NCBI GenBank assembly: GCA_039648975.1
Contig: JBBWZK010000069.1
Span: 4,428 to 68,427, forward strand
Length of the DNA: 64,000 bases
DNA from: Blastocatellia bacterium
GTDB lineage: Bacteria > Acidobacteriota > Blastocatellia > UBA7656
Reading direction: 5' to 3'
Of the stretch, positions 8,071 through 17,783 are shown one piece after another. A model generated the notes under the pieces. The model was not told the origin of the DNA. It did no database searches and saw only the letters and a list, made by a program, of their open reading frames with translations. The translations under genes and the position numbers were made by a program. Every line of letters begins with the position of its first letter. The first letter of the stretch is position 1.

Positions 8071-11000
8071 CTACGTTCTCCTGATGCGAGTGCGAAACTC
8101 GCCCACAAGGCTCTCGACAAATTCATTGGCGCTGTTGTACTGGTCGAGGTCGCGGGCTTCGATGGTGACGTTGATATTGCCGTTGAAGACGTTGGTCGTA
8201 CCCGCGCCTGCGCTGGCTGCGAAAGAGGATTCGCCGTAGTTGGCGCTGACAACGACGAGAGGCTGCGTGGTCGCGCCTACCGATGAGGCTGCCGCTGCCG
8301 CTACGGTCTGCCCTGCCTGTGCTGCCAACGTGCCTAGCGCCTTGCCTGCGTCCGCGAGCGCCGCCGCAATCAGCACCGCCGCATCTCTGAAAGCGGTCGC
8401 CAGCTTCTCCCCTTCGAGCGCAAGGTCGAGTGTCTCCGAGAGCAGCTTGACCGCGTTTTTGAAGTCGCTAATGACCGCTGCAAAGATTTCGGCAGGGATT
8501 GATTTGTAATCGCGCAGGGCCGTGAATGCCTCAACGCCCGCTTTGATTGCCGCAAAGATAGCCGTCGCTTTCTGCGAGAACGCGGTCGCCAGCGACAGCA
8601 TTTGCGTATCCATCGCGGCAACGAGTTCCTGCATCTTCTCGACTGCCAGCTTTATGTCGGCAAGGAAGGAGTCGAAGATTGAAGCATCAAGGGCTTTGTA
8701 ATCGTTGACACCTTGCAGCGAGTCCACGCCGTCTTTAATCAGCGAGACTATCGATTGCGCCCGGTCGCTGAACTTCGCTGCCCACTTCAGCCCTTTGTTA
8801 GAGATGTTCTCCGAAATCTCTATCATTCGCTCGATGGCGTAATCGAGGTCGGCGGCAAACTGGTCGAAGATTTCAGATGAGATGCCTTTGTAGTCGTTGA
8901 GCTTGAGGAAGGCATCAACGCCCGCACCAATGGTGTTCACCACTTCGGCAGCCCGTACCGCAAACTTCTTCGCGTGCTTGACCGCTGAGTTCTCGAAGTT
9001 GTCGCTTATCGCTATGAACAACTCGACGCTGCGCTGGAGAGCTTCGCCAAAGAGGGTGATTGCTTGGTCAGGTACGCCCGTGAAGAAGGAGAGCTTTTCA
9101 AATGCGTCAACGCCTGCACCAATCGCTTCCAGAACCGGGCCGACAGACTCCGCAAATTTCTTCGCGGCATCTATCATCGAGACGTTCCACACCTTAGCGA
9201 GCGAGATGAAAAGCTCGATAACGGTGTGCATCTGGTTAAAGAATTTGTGAATCGCGCCTGACGGGACTTTGGTGAAATCGGCCAGCTTCTCAAAGGTTTC
9301 TAATGCCTTCTGCATCGTGTCGAATGCAGCCTGCATTACATCCTGAGCGCCCTTTTGGACATCCTGCTTGAGTCGCTCTAATTCGAGCCGCTCCTTTTCC
9401 TTCTGAGCCGCACTCTTGCCCCCGCCGAACAATCCGCCGAGGATGCCCCCGATGCCGCCAATCACGGCTCCTATCGGGCCGCCCGCTGCGAAGCCCTGCA
9501 ACGCACCCTGTAAGCCGCCTACAAGCGCACCAATTGCCTTGCTGCCGGTTGCCGCCGCTGTGGATAGCCCTGTGATGAAGCCGCCGAGGGCTGCCTGCGC
9601 GACGCCGAACGCCTTTGATATGCGCCCGCCGCCTTCTTCCGCGCTGCTCGCTATCTCACCTGTTGATTGCGAGGCTGCCTTTGCTGCTTTTTGAATCTGG
9701 TCTTGAGTAGAGTTAACGGTATCGAGTACAACCTGATTCGACTTCTTGAAAATCTTGGAGATTGAATCAACCAGCCCTTGCAGCCCGTCCGGTATCTGGT
9801 TGAATACCTGATGAAGCCCATGCAGGACTGAGTTGATTTTATCGACCCAAGTGAGAAACTTGTCGGTTATCGACTTGAGCTTGTCACCGACCGCGCCCGG
9901 CACATTCTCAAGCGCCTCGATAATCCCGCCGATGCTGCCTTTTACTTTCGCGCGGAAGTTGGGGTCGAACTTGCCCCACACGTCAAGCAGCTTGTTTACC
10001 GTGCTGTCGAGTGCGCCCGGCAGCTTGTTAATGCCGTCAGACCATTCCTTGAGAACTGCCTGCGCCTGTACCCGCACCGCTGGCGGGAGTTGCGCCATCT
10101 TCTCGTTGACGAACTTAACGAGGTCGGTTCCTGTTAGCCCCGCCTGCTCGCCTAGCTTCTGGAAGGTTGAGATGGTGCCTTCAATCGAGGAGCGAATCTT
10201 TAACTGGGCTTCGGCAACCTGAACGCCCTCGTCCATCTTTAGGGCGTCCTCGATTTTCTGGACGCTGCCAATGATGGTGACTGCCGCCTCAGAGAAAGGC
10301 TTTGGCGCTTCACGGCCTAGCTTATCGAGCCGCGCCTGCATCTCATCGGCGCTGCCGTAGACCTTGAGGAAGGCTGTCTTAACCTTGTCGGCAAACTCCT
10401 GCGCCGACTTGTCGCTGGCGTTCGCCATGTCAACAAGGCCCTGCGGGATTTCCTTCAGGACAGGCGGGAGAATCCGTATCTCCGCCTTCACATCGGCAAG
10501 GTGCTTCTTAACCGTGTCAGAGAATTTGTCGAAATCGGCTTGTGTAACCGAAACTATAAGATGGGTTGAGGTCGCGGCTGCTGCCTGTACGCGCTTTAGC
10601 TCGTCACTGAATTCCTTATAGATTTGCGACTGCCTGATGAGAGAAGCCCGCAGGCTCTTTTCGAGTTCAAGGAATTGCTTATCGGAGAAGGTGTCCAGCC
10701 CTCTCGACTTGATGTAATCGTTTACGCCATCGAGGATTTCTTTGAAGGCTTCCTTAACAGACTTCGCTACCTTCTTGAATCCGGGCAGGACAGCTTTCTC
10801 AACTTTGTCAGGCGTCGTAGCGAGTAGGTTGACAACCTTTGCGACCTCGGCATCCATGCCTGCAAGCCCGGAAGCAAAGCCGTCCTTGATGCTCTTGCCA
10901 ACGCCCTTCGAAGGGCCGGATACACCTACACCCGCTTTGTTGAGAAGGTTGACGAGTCCCTTCTCCATATTTGCGGTGTCTTTCTCAGGGCCGGATGGCG

Positions 11001-13260
11001 AGTGAATATCCAGCCCTTCACGAAAGCCATTCCAGATTGATGCACCGATGCTCTTGGCTTTCTCCCAAATCAGCGACGGCAGGTTGGTCAGGAAGTTGAG
11101 AACTGAATCCCAAATGCTCTTGAGAAGCTCAGGGACTTTGCCAATCCATTCACCAATCCCGTTGTAGAGCCTGATACCTGCCTCAAGGCTGTACTGCACA
11201 CCCGCAGCAAAGGCAGACTTAACGAACTCCCATGCAGCGATAGCGAAAGCGCCGAGACGTTCCGGCAGAGTCGCAAAGAAACCGACGACCGCCTCAATCG
11301 CTGACCGAGTTGTATCGATTACAAAGCGAAGTCCCTCGCCAAACAGGCGAGCAAGCGTGCCCGGCAACGCTTCGAGTACGGCGATAATCTTGGCGGGCAG
11401 TTCTGAGAACCACGTTACTATTGCAATGACGAGGTTCGGAATGGTCGAGGTGAAGAACGACTTGATGCCACCCCATGCCGTTTGAATATCGGCAAGGATG
11501 ATGTTCCAGATGCCCTTGAGTAAGGTGAGTAAGCCTTGAAAGATGCCAGAGAGCAGGTCGTTCAAGCCCTGCATCTGTTTTGCAGCGGCAGACTTGAGCA
11601 TCTCCCACGCGCCGCTCCAATCGCCGTTAAGCGCCTTTAGAACTGCGCGAATGACATCGAGAATCGCGGAGAAGTTGTTGCCGATATAACTCAGCAACCC
11701 GGAGAGGATGGGCTTGACGGCTTCATAAACAAACGCGAACGTCGTCGCTATTTGCTTGATGCCCTCCCACAGCTTTTGCAGGACAGGGATAAGGTCGGCA
11801 ACAACTCCATCGACCGCATCCTTGATGCCCGCAAAGTTGGTCGTGTAGGCAACGACGAGCGCCGTGACCGCCGCGATAGCAATACCAATTGGGCCGGTAA
11901 GCACCTCAAGGGCGGTTGCGAATATGCCGGTGCCCGCCGCCGCGCCTGCTGCCGCCTCACCCGCTACCGCCGCACTCGCGCCGAACCCGCCGAACAGACT
12001 TGTTATCGTGCCTATGGCAGATGCAATCTGGCCGAACACGACGAGCGCCGGGCCGATAGCCGCAGCAATGGCTCCTAGAGCCAGTCCTACGGTTTGCGCC
12101 GCAGGCGAGAGATTGCCGAACCATGTAGCAAGCTGTTCAATGACGCCGACCGCTTTCTCGAACAGCGGCATCATGTTATTGACGGCTTGGAAGAGCTTCG
12201 CTCCTAATGGTTCAAGGGCCAGTAGAACTTTGTTCTTGAGGATGGTGAACGATTCAGCAAAGTCGGCTGTCTCGCCGCTCGCCTTCGCAACGGTTTCGCT
12301 GCTGTTCTTGATTGAGTCGAGAAGTGCGCCAACTTCGAAGCGGCCCTCACGAATGGCAGCCGCCATATCAGGCCCGGCGCGAGCGCCGAATATTTGCAGC
12401 GCGATAGCGTTGGCTTTACCGGAGTCGCCTGCATCCTTGATTTTTTGGGTGAGAACTTCTAAGGCTGTGGCAGGGTCTTTGATGCCCTCCTTAGCCATTT
12501 TGGTGAGAGCAATTCTCAGCGAACCTAAGACGAGTTCGGAGTTGACGCCTTCCTTCTCGAACTTGCCCATGATTGCGGCTGCTTGCTCAAAGCCGAACCC
12601 TAGCTGGCGTAGAGGTGCGCCGTACTGGACGAGCTTCTGAGATAGCTCGTTTACACCGACACCCGTTCTTTGACTGACCTTGAGCAGCGTGTCGAGTGCA
12701 GGCGTCTGGTTCTGGACAGAGATAGACCAATCGCCAAACAGGCGAGTCGTGGCTGCAATCTGTGTCTTGAGGTCGCCGCCTGTAATGCGTGCGAGGTTGA
12801 GTTCTGTCTTGGCTAGATTTTCTAGGTCTTCGCCTGTGGCAGAGGTGCGCTGTCCGAGCGCGGTGAGAGCGGTTGATATGTCGCCAAGTGAGGAAGGCGT
12901 ATCAGCCGCAACGTTGCGGAAACTCTGTTGTAGTTTGTCTAACTCTTCGCCGGTCGCGCCTGTGCCGATGCGAATCTTGTCGAATGCATCATCAAACTGC
13001 TCGCCAACTGCGAGAGCCGCCGCACCCGCCGCGACTATCGAAGTCGTGAGGGTTGCGGTAAGAGTAACGCCCGCGCTGGTGGCCGTCTTGCCAACGTTGT
13101 CCAGCTTCGCGGAGATTCGGTCAACGAGGCTGTCAAGACCAGCGGTGCTCGCGCCCTTGCCTATGTCACCGAGAGACTTGTTCGCCTCTTGGATACCTGT
13201 CTTCAGGCCAGATAGGTCGGCTCCGATTTTGGTTAAAACAGAAAGTGCCTCAAGACTCAT
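8071..13260 (-). CDS. Tail tape measure protein
   Basis: 1729 aa, Ala/Gly/Leu-rich and helical. It has a central hydrophobic Gly-rich block, five ~64-aa C-terminal tandem repeats, and the canonical position after the G/T chaperones. Confidence 0.9.
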   Translation of the reverse strand: MSLEALSVLTKIGADLSGLKTGIQEANKSLGDIGKGASTAGLDSLVDRISAKLDNVGKTATSAGVTLTATLTTSIVAAGAAALAVGEQFDDAFDKIRIGTGATGEELDKLQQSFRNVAADTPSSLGDISTALTALGQRTSATGEDLENLAKTELNLARITGGDLKTQIAATTRLFGDWSISVQNQTPALDTLLKVSQRTGVGVNELSQKLVQYGAPLRQLGFGFEQAAAIMGKFEKEGVNSELVLGSLRIALTKMAKEGIKDPATALEVLTQKIKDAGDSGKANAIALQIFGARAGPDMAAAIREGRFEVGALLDSIKNSSETVAKASGETADFAESFTILKNKVLLALEPLGAKLFQAVNNMMPLFEKAVGVIEQLATWFGNLSPAAQTVGLALGAIAAAIGPALVVFGQIASAIGTITSLFGGFGASAAVAGEAAAGAAAGTGIFATALEVLTGPIGIAIAAVTALVVAYTTNFAGIKDAVDGVVADLIPVLQKLWEGIKQIATTFAFVYEAVKPILSGLLSYIGNNFSAILDVIRAVLKALNGDWSGAWEMLKSAAAKQMQGLNDLLSGIFQGLLTLLKGIWNIILADIQTAWGGIKSFFTSTIPNLVIAIVTWFSELPAKIIAVLEALPGTLARLFGEGLRFVIDTTRSAIEAVVGFFATLPERLGAFAIAAWEFVKSAFAAGVQYSLEAGIRLYNGIGEWIGKVPELLKSIWDSVLNFLTNLPSLIWEKAKSIGASIWNGFREGLDIHSPSGPEKDTANMEKGLVNLLNKAGVGVSGPSKGVGKSIKDGFASGLAGMDAEVAKVVNLLATTPDKVEKAVLPGFKKVAKSVKEAFKEILDGVNDYIKSRGLDTFSDKQFLELEKSLRASLIRQSQIYKEFSDELKRVQAAAATSTHLIVSVTQADFDKFSDTVKKHLADVKAEIRILPPVLKEIPQGLVDMANASDKSAQEFADKVKTAFLKVYGSADEMQARLDKLGREAPKPFSEAAVTIIGSVQKIEDALKMDEGVQVAEAQLKIRSSIEGTISTFQKLGEQAGLTGTDLVKFVNEKMAQLPPAVRVQAQAVLKEWSDGINKLPGALDSTVNKLLDVWGKFDPNFRAKVKGSIGGIIEALENVPGAVGDKLKSITDKFLTWVDKINSVLHGLHQVFNQIPDGLQGLVDSISKIFKKSNQVVLDTVNSTQDQIQKAAKAASQSTGEIASSAEEGGGRISKAFGVAQAALGGFITGLSTAAATGSKAIGALVGGLQGALQGFAAGGPIGAVIGGIGGILGGLFGGGKSAAQKEKERLELERLKQDVQKGAQDVMQAAFDTMQKALETFEKLADFTKVPSGAIHKFFNQMHTVIELFISLAKVWNVSMIDAAKKFAESVGPVLEAIGAGVDAFEKLSFFTGVPDQAITLFGEALQRSVELFIAISDNFENSAVKHAKKFAVRAAEVVNTIGAGVDAFLKLNDYKGISSEIFDQFAADLDYAIERMIEISENISNKGLKWAAKFSDRAQSIVSLIKDGVDSLQGVNDYKALDASIFDSFLADIKLAVEKMQELVAAMDTQMLSLATAFSQKATAIFAAIKAGVEAFTALRDYKSIPAEIFAAVISDFKNAVKLLSETLDLALEGEKLATAFRDAAVLIAAALADAGKALGTLAAQAGQTVAAAAASSVGATTQPLVVVSANYGESSFAASAGAGTTNVFNGNINVTIEARDLDQYNSANEFVESLVGEFRTRIRRT

Positions 13261-13342
13261 CGATTACCGTTGGGCGGGGCGCTGCGGAAAAAGGAAAGGG
13301 GCGCGAGATGCACCCCTTCAAAATGGCTAGTTGTGAGAAAGA

Positions 13343-13567
13343 CTACTCTGCGGGTTCGGCTGGCTCGGCTGGTTCGGCTGGCGCTTCTGGCGCTGCGGGT
13401 TCAGCCTTGAACGCGAGATTGAACCGCTCTAACGCTGCATCTATGCCTTCGAGTTGTATTCCGGTATAGCCGAGGCCGAGCAGTTCCGCCTCGGTGTGTT
13501 CTGCGTAGAATTGCGGGTCAAGGTCGAGAATGAATCCGCGAGTTAGTTCATAGTTCAGTTCTGACAT
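13343..13567 (-). CDS. Small acidic phage protein with a C-terminal (P-A-E)n tail
   Basis: 74 aa, lying between the chaperones and the tape measure. A 9-nt tandem repeat encodes PAEPAEPAEPAE. Confidence 0.4.
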   Translation of the reverse strand: MSELNYELTRGFILDLDPQFYAEHTEAELLGLGYTGIQLEGIDAALERFNLAFKAEPAAPEAPAEPAEPAEPAE

Positions 13568-13575
13568 GGGACTCC

Positions 13576-13825
13576 TTACTGGCTGGCTTTGCGGCTGGCC
13601 TCTTTGTTGGCGAGTGCCCGTGCTTCGAGCACCATGCGAATTGCGTTGTAGTCCTTAACCGACCACTCGCGCAGTTCATCAGGGCTGATGCCAAGCTCGA
13701 TACAGACCAGATAAAAACCCACATCAAGGTCAGGTGGGCACTCGCCTTGATTACCACCCGTATAGAAATACTTGGCTAGTTGGCGCGTCGGTGTTTTCTT
13801 TGGGTTCTTACTACTCACCGCTTTT
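13576..13825 (-). CDS. Tail assembly chaperone, T-like extension (probably expressed by recoding from 13811-14149)
   Basis: The frame is open from 13917 with no ATG and no SD. It overlaps the G-like ORF by about 100 nt in the +1 frame. It is in the canonical G/GT position. Confidence 0.45.
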
Positions 13826-14149
13826 CGTCGGAGAGAACGCCGCGTCGATAACCTGCCCGACCAGCGTGTCGAGGATGCGGACAGGAATATTGCGAAGGAT
13901 GTCTTCGTCAAAGCCTAGCTGTTCGCCGTTCTCGTCTACCCAGTCGATGCTTCTAACGAGTTTGAGCAACAACTTGACGAGTACCTGCTGCTGTTCAGCC
14001 GAGCTTCGCGTGCTCAAATCGCTCGGCAGCATCTCCGTGCGCTCCGCAAGGGTGATTCCGTAGGGACGGTAGTAGACCACAACTTTCTCGCCGTCAACAT
14101 CGACGGTCAGAGGCTCAACGTGCGAATACTTAAATGGTGTAAATGCCAT
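13811..14149 (-). CDS. Tail assembly chaperone (gpG-like)
   Basis: 112 aa and acidic, lying between the major tail and tape measure genes. It overlaps the downstream ORF. Confidence 0.6.
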   Translation of the reverse strand: MAFTPFKYSHVEPLTVDVDGEKVVVYYRPYGITLAERTEMLPSDLSTRSSAEQQQVLVKLLLKLVRSIDWVDENGEQLGFDEDILRNIPVRILDTLVGQVIDAAFSPTKSGE

Positions 14150-14208
14150 TACAAATCTGCCTTTCTTTTTGGTTGGTTGAGGGACAAAGGAGGGAAAGAC
14201 GGCCCTGA

Positions 14209-15198
14209 TTAAAGAGCCGTCAGCGTGTTGATGAGATAAAGCTCGACGGCCTTACCCCACGTCGCGTCCTTGAATGCCGCGAACTCCCACTCGGCAGTCA
14301 ATGCGCCTTCAGAGTCGCCCGACTTCGGGTAGCTCTTAACGGCACCGCAGAAATCGAGGTTGAAGGTATAGGGAATTGCAGCCTCAATCGTCGCGCCGGT
14401 CGCAGAGATGCGAACGAATTGCTGCGCGCCGCTGGTCAGCTTCGCTAACGGCCCGCCGTAGCCTGTGTCATCAGCATCGAGCACGAGGGACAGCGCGCAA
14501 TCGGGAGCCTGCTCAACGATGCTGCTGAACGTGGTCGTGCCATCGAGGCGGTGCTGTGGCTTGAAACGGTTGCCAATCGAGAACGAGGCAGCAACATCGA
14601 TGGCGAGTGCAGACGCACCCGTTAGACCCGCCTGCGTGTCGGCCAGCTTCACAGTTACGGACTGCGGGGTAATCGGGACGATAGCTATGGTCGTCGGGCT
14701 GCCGGTCATGGTGATGTCGTCAGCGATTTCCTGACCCATGAACGTGCCGCTGATTTTGATTTCCTGCTTACTGAACTCAATCTTGAGGTCGTTGCAGTGA
14801 CCGTATGCGAACTTCTGAGCGCGGTCGGTATCGCCCTGCTCAATCGTGAAAGTTTTCCACGTATCGGCAGAGTTGGCAGTCACGTCGAACAGCCACTTGC
14901 GCGAGTTGGTGCCGCCGCCCGGCGTCGTGATGGTCGCGGTGCGGAACACAGACGAGAGCGGGTAAACCATCTGCGTATAGGTCGCAGGGGCATTAAAGCT
15001 CGCCTGCACCATGCGCTTGCCGGGTGCAACCTGAGTGGTGACAAACTTCTGGCCGAGAGGCTTGTAGAGCGTTGAATCGCCCTGTGCCTCAACGGTCATT
15101 TCAAACGTGTCGAGCAGTTTGCTTGCTGCGACGCCAGTACCGGGAGTGGTCTCAACACCAAACTGGACTTTGCGTAGAGTCTTACTAACAACAGCCAT
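14209..15198 (-). CDS. Major tail (tube) protein
   Basis: The ATG at 15196-15198 is preceded by GGAGG; the longer ORF begins at a TTG at 15210. The call rests on its ~330-aa size and its position after the tail-completion genes. Confidence 0.65.
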   Translation of the reverse strand: MAVVSKTLRKVQFGVETTPGTGVAASKLLDTFEMTVEAQGDSTLYKPLGQKFVTTQVAPGKRMVQASFNAPATYTQMVYPLSSVFRTATITTPGGGTNSRKWLFDVTANSADTWKTFTIEQGDTDRAQKFAYGHCNDLKIEFSKQEIKISGTFMGQEIADDITMTGSPTTIAIVPITPQSVTVKLADTQAGLTGASALAIDVAASFSIGNRFKPQHRLDGTTTFSSIVEQAPDCALSLVLDADDTGYGGPLAKLTSGAQQFVRISATGATIEAAIPYTFNLDFCGAVKSYPKSGDSEGALTAEWEFAAFKDATWGKAVELYLINTLTAL

Positions 15199-15278
15199 TG
15201 AATCCTCCAAAGGGACGGTTTGGAGGGGGTTGGGAACGGGGTTAGTCTCGGCGCGTGAGACTGTAAGGATTGCTACTT

Positions 15279-15713
15279 TTAATCGGTCTGGACTTGCAGG
15301 AGGTATAGCCCGCCTGAGTGCCGTATCTTTGTGCCGCCCTGCAGCGTTTCAGTAAACGAGCGCGGCTGTGTGCGGACGCATGAGATAACCTTGCCGCCTG
15401 TTATCGTGCCTGCTTTGGCATGAATGAGGGCGTCAACGAGCGTGTATATCGCATCAGCATCGGCGGGCGTGCCTGTGTGCAGCACTTCCACCTTGTAAAT
15501 GACGTTACTGTAGACGCGAGTTGCGCCGCCGTAGCGAGTCTCGTCTTGGCCTGCGATGAACCCGTACAGCACGCATGGGAAACCAGCCTCACCGAAGTCT
15601 TGCGGCACCTCGTCGGCAAAGATATTCCCGCTCGTTGCGGTGTTGACCGCACTACTCCCGCTCAACACGGAATGGAGCCATGTTTCGACTACGCCTTGAA
15701 CAGTAAGAGCCAT
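15279..15713 (-). CDS. Tail terminator / tail-completion protein (DUF3168-like)
   Basis: 144 aa, directly after the HK97 gp10-family gene with a 1-nt overlap. Size and order match gp17/gpU-type proteins. Confidence 0.45.
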   Translation of the reverse strand: MALTVQGVVETWLHSVLSGSSAVNTATSGNIFADEVPQDFGEAGFPCVLYGFIAGQDETRYGGATRVYSNVIYKVEVLHTGTPADADAIYTLVDALIHAKAGTITGGKVISCVRTQPRSFTETLQGGTKIRHSGGLYLLQVQTD

Positions 15714-16045
15714 TAACCACCACCGAGTTTGAGCTTCAATTTTTCACGTGCGCTGATTGCAGCAGGTGTTAGGTAAGGCTGTGCCGCCATCTTGCTCGTG
15801 CCGTACTCGACATAGCCTGCGTACTCAGCGTCACTACCGACCGCGACGTTCAATTCGTCAATCGGCTCCTTGTGGATGGACTCACGCAACGCGCCTGTTC
15901 TAACGGGTGCGAGTGCCTGCGCTTCATTCACAAGTTCGTCGGCTACTTCTTGGATTGCCTGAGAGACAAGGCGGGTAATCTCTTCGAGAACTCTGTCGGT
16001 GTTGTTCACCGCGACGACCACATCAACCGTGAGAGTATTGCCCAT
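15713..16045 (-). CDS. HK97 gp10-family head-tail joining protein
   Basis: Motifs TGALRESIH and YAGYVEYGTSKMAAQPYLTPA are typical of the HK97 gp10 family. Confidence 0.75.
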   Translation of the reverse strand: MGNTLTVDVVVAVNNTDRVLEEITRLVSQAIQEVADELVNEAQALAPVRTGALRESIHKEPIDELNVAVGSDAEYAGYVEYGTSKMAAQPYLTPAAISAREKLKLKLGGG

Positions 16046-16407
16046 TAGCGAAACCGCACCGCATAGACCAGCACCGCAACCTGATTCGAGGTTGTCGTGT
16101 AGCCTTCCGTCACCTGTAGAGTTAGAGAGCCGATAATCAACTTGTCTGAGGGCCGCACGTCAGACCCCGCAGGAAAGTAGACCTTGTAGCCGCTGGTCGC
16201 GTGTAGTTGCTCACCGCTGACCGCCTCGATAGGCGCTTTATCTTCTTCTATGCGGCAGGCAAGCGTTGCAACGTTGCTGTAGCCCGTGCCCGCGCTGCCC
16301 CTCGCATCCGTAACAGTCGTTTTGCGCGCGATAATCGCCGTGCTCGGAAAGTTACCTGAGACACAGGCTCGCATTCTTGATAATTGGTCAGCGGTTAGTG
16401 GACGCAT
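16045..16407 (-). CDS. Head closure / head-tail adaptor protein
   Basis: 120 aa, placed between the connector and gp10-like genes, with overlapping start and stop codons. Confidence 0.5.
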   Translation of the reverse strand: MRPLTADQLSRMRACVSGNFPSTAIIARKTTVTDARGSAGTGYSNVATLACRIEEDKAPIEAVSGEQLHATSGYKVYFPAGSDVRPSDKLIIGSLTLQVTEGYTTTSNQVAVLVYAVRFR

Positions 16408-16410
16408 GGG

Positions 16411-16902
16411 CTAGGCAACCTTGATGGGCGAGAACTTCGCGGCTTGCTTAATACACTGCTCGTAAACTTGAGAGCGTTTATAGCTTTCACCCGCGCCTGA
16501 GAAGTCGAAGTCGGGCGCAACCTTTGCGGCCTTTGCGAGCCAGCCGTTATAAGCTGCCGTATTCATATCCCAAAGGCTTTTCGGCTGTGCGCCGCACTCC
16601 TCCCAAACCAGAGTCGAGCCTTCGAATACACGCCCGCCGTAATACGGATTCCAAAACGGTTCTGTACTGCCTGATGTGCCCGCCTTGATACAGCGATAGC
16701 GCCGACCATTCTGATTTGCAGATGTAGGCACGATTACATCGCCATAGCTATAGCCTGTAGAGGCTACCCATAGGCTACATATCTTCGCGGCTTCGAGAAT
16801 GGGTGCGAGGTCTTCGCCTTCATTAAGCGCAGGCTCAGTATCAAACTGAGTGAGCCGCTTGAGTTCGTCCATCGCTGCGCTTGCGTCGGTGAGGATAGGC
16901 AT
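16411..16902 (-). CDS. Putative head-tail connector / structural protein
   Basis: 163 aa, called by position. The N-terminus ELKRLTQFDTEPALNEGEDLAPILEAA resembles gp6-type connectors. The C-terminal half is not recognised. Confidence 0.35.
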   Translation of the reverse strand: MPILTDASAAMDELKRLTQFDTEPALNEGEDLAPILEAAKICSLWVASTGYSYGDVIVPTSANQNGRRYRCIKAGTSGSTEPFWNPYYGGRVFEGSTLVWEECGAQPKSLWDMNTAAYNGWLAKAAKVAPDFDFSGAGESYKRSQVYEQCIKQAAKFSPIKVA

Positions 16903-17135
16903 TACTTACTCGACTTCTTTGACCGCTTGTTCTCAGGCGGGAATTGAATCGCCTTGTTTTCGGGCGAGGCTTCGATAGCCTTCTCCTCTTGCACGACGAT
17001 AATGCCGTACTTGAGCGCCACAAGGTCGGGCAGTTCGCAGCCTGAACCGACCAAAAGGAAAGCCGCGTCGGGGTCGTTCTCTTCCACAACGCGGCTCCTG
17101 TCACTTGTCAGGTACAATCTCTTTTGAGATAGCAC
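16902..17135 (-). CDS. Small phage protein, unknown function
   Basis: 77-aa ORF, translationally coupled within the head module. Confidence 0.35.
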   Translation of the reverse strand: MLSQKRLYLTSDRSRVVEENDPDAAFLLVGSGCELPDLVALKYGIIVVQEEKAIEASPENKAIQFPPENKRSKKSSK

Positions 17136-17137
17136 TT

Positions 17138-17713
17138 CTAGCTCCTGTAGTAGTCCACGATGACCGCGTTGCCGTTGAGCGCACTCGCAAGCTGCGCCGT
17201 GTTGCCGCTGATGTTAGTCGCATCAAAAGCAACAGTCGGAGCGGTGCCTTCCTTCACGCCGTTGAGGAACGCAGCGAGGACGGTGTTGCGACTCAGCCTG
17301 TGACCTAGCCCTAGCTTCGAGCCAAAGCCGATGGCTGTCGTCGCGCCCGTGCCGTCATGTGCGGGAATCGTGATACTGGTTACGGTTTTGAACGCCTTGC
17401 TGCCGGTAACGGTGCCAGCGGTGTCGACCGTGAACGCGGGCAGGGTTTCGCTAATGCTGTGGCCCTCTGCGTCGGTGCCTGTGACCACAACCTGAATCGC
17501 TTTAATGTCCGTGTTTGTGCCGCCAGCCGTAGCCGTGATGTTACGAGGCACATCGGGATTCGTGATTGCAGTCGTGATTACCTGCTGTGAGCCATTATCC
17601 GTAACCGCCGCATGGACACCCGTAGTAGAAGCAGCCGCAGGACTGCCGACCGCAACGCTGAAAACATCAGCGCCAGCACCCGCAATGATGTTGCCGCCTT
17701 CAATTACTGCCAT
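17138..17713 (-). CDS. Putative capsid decoration / accessory head protein
   Basis: The ATG at 17711-17713 follows AAGGAG. It is a Gly/Thr/Ala-rich beta-type sequence directly downstream of the capsid gene. Confidence 0.4.
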   Translation of the reverse strand: MAVIEGGNIIAGAGADVFSVAVGSPAAASTTGVHAAVTDNGSQQVITTAITNPDVPRNITATAGGTNTDIKAIQVVVTGTDAEGHSISETLPAFTVDTAGTVTGSKAFKTVTSITIPAHDGTGATTAIGFGSKLGLGHRLSRNTVLAAFLNGVKEGTAPTVAFDATNISGNTAQLASALNGNAVIVDYYRS

Positions 17714-17783
17714 ATCTTTCTCCTTAAAAAGCAAAGTCGGGCATAGCCGAAGCCATGCCCGACGTAGCCACGATTACAGTGGA

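Noticed and set aside
8240-13330. Many 60-260-aa ORFs antisense to, or out of frame with, the tape measure gene
   Set aside because: These are typical open antisense frames of a GC-rich, Ala-rich gene. They have no SD sequences and their composition is Ala/Pro/Ser/Arg-biased. The 1729-aa frame is uninterrupted and explains the region.
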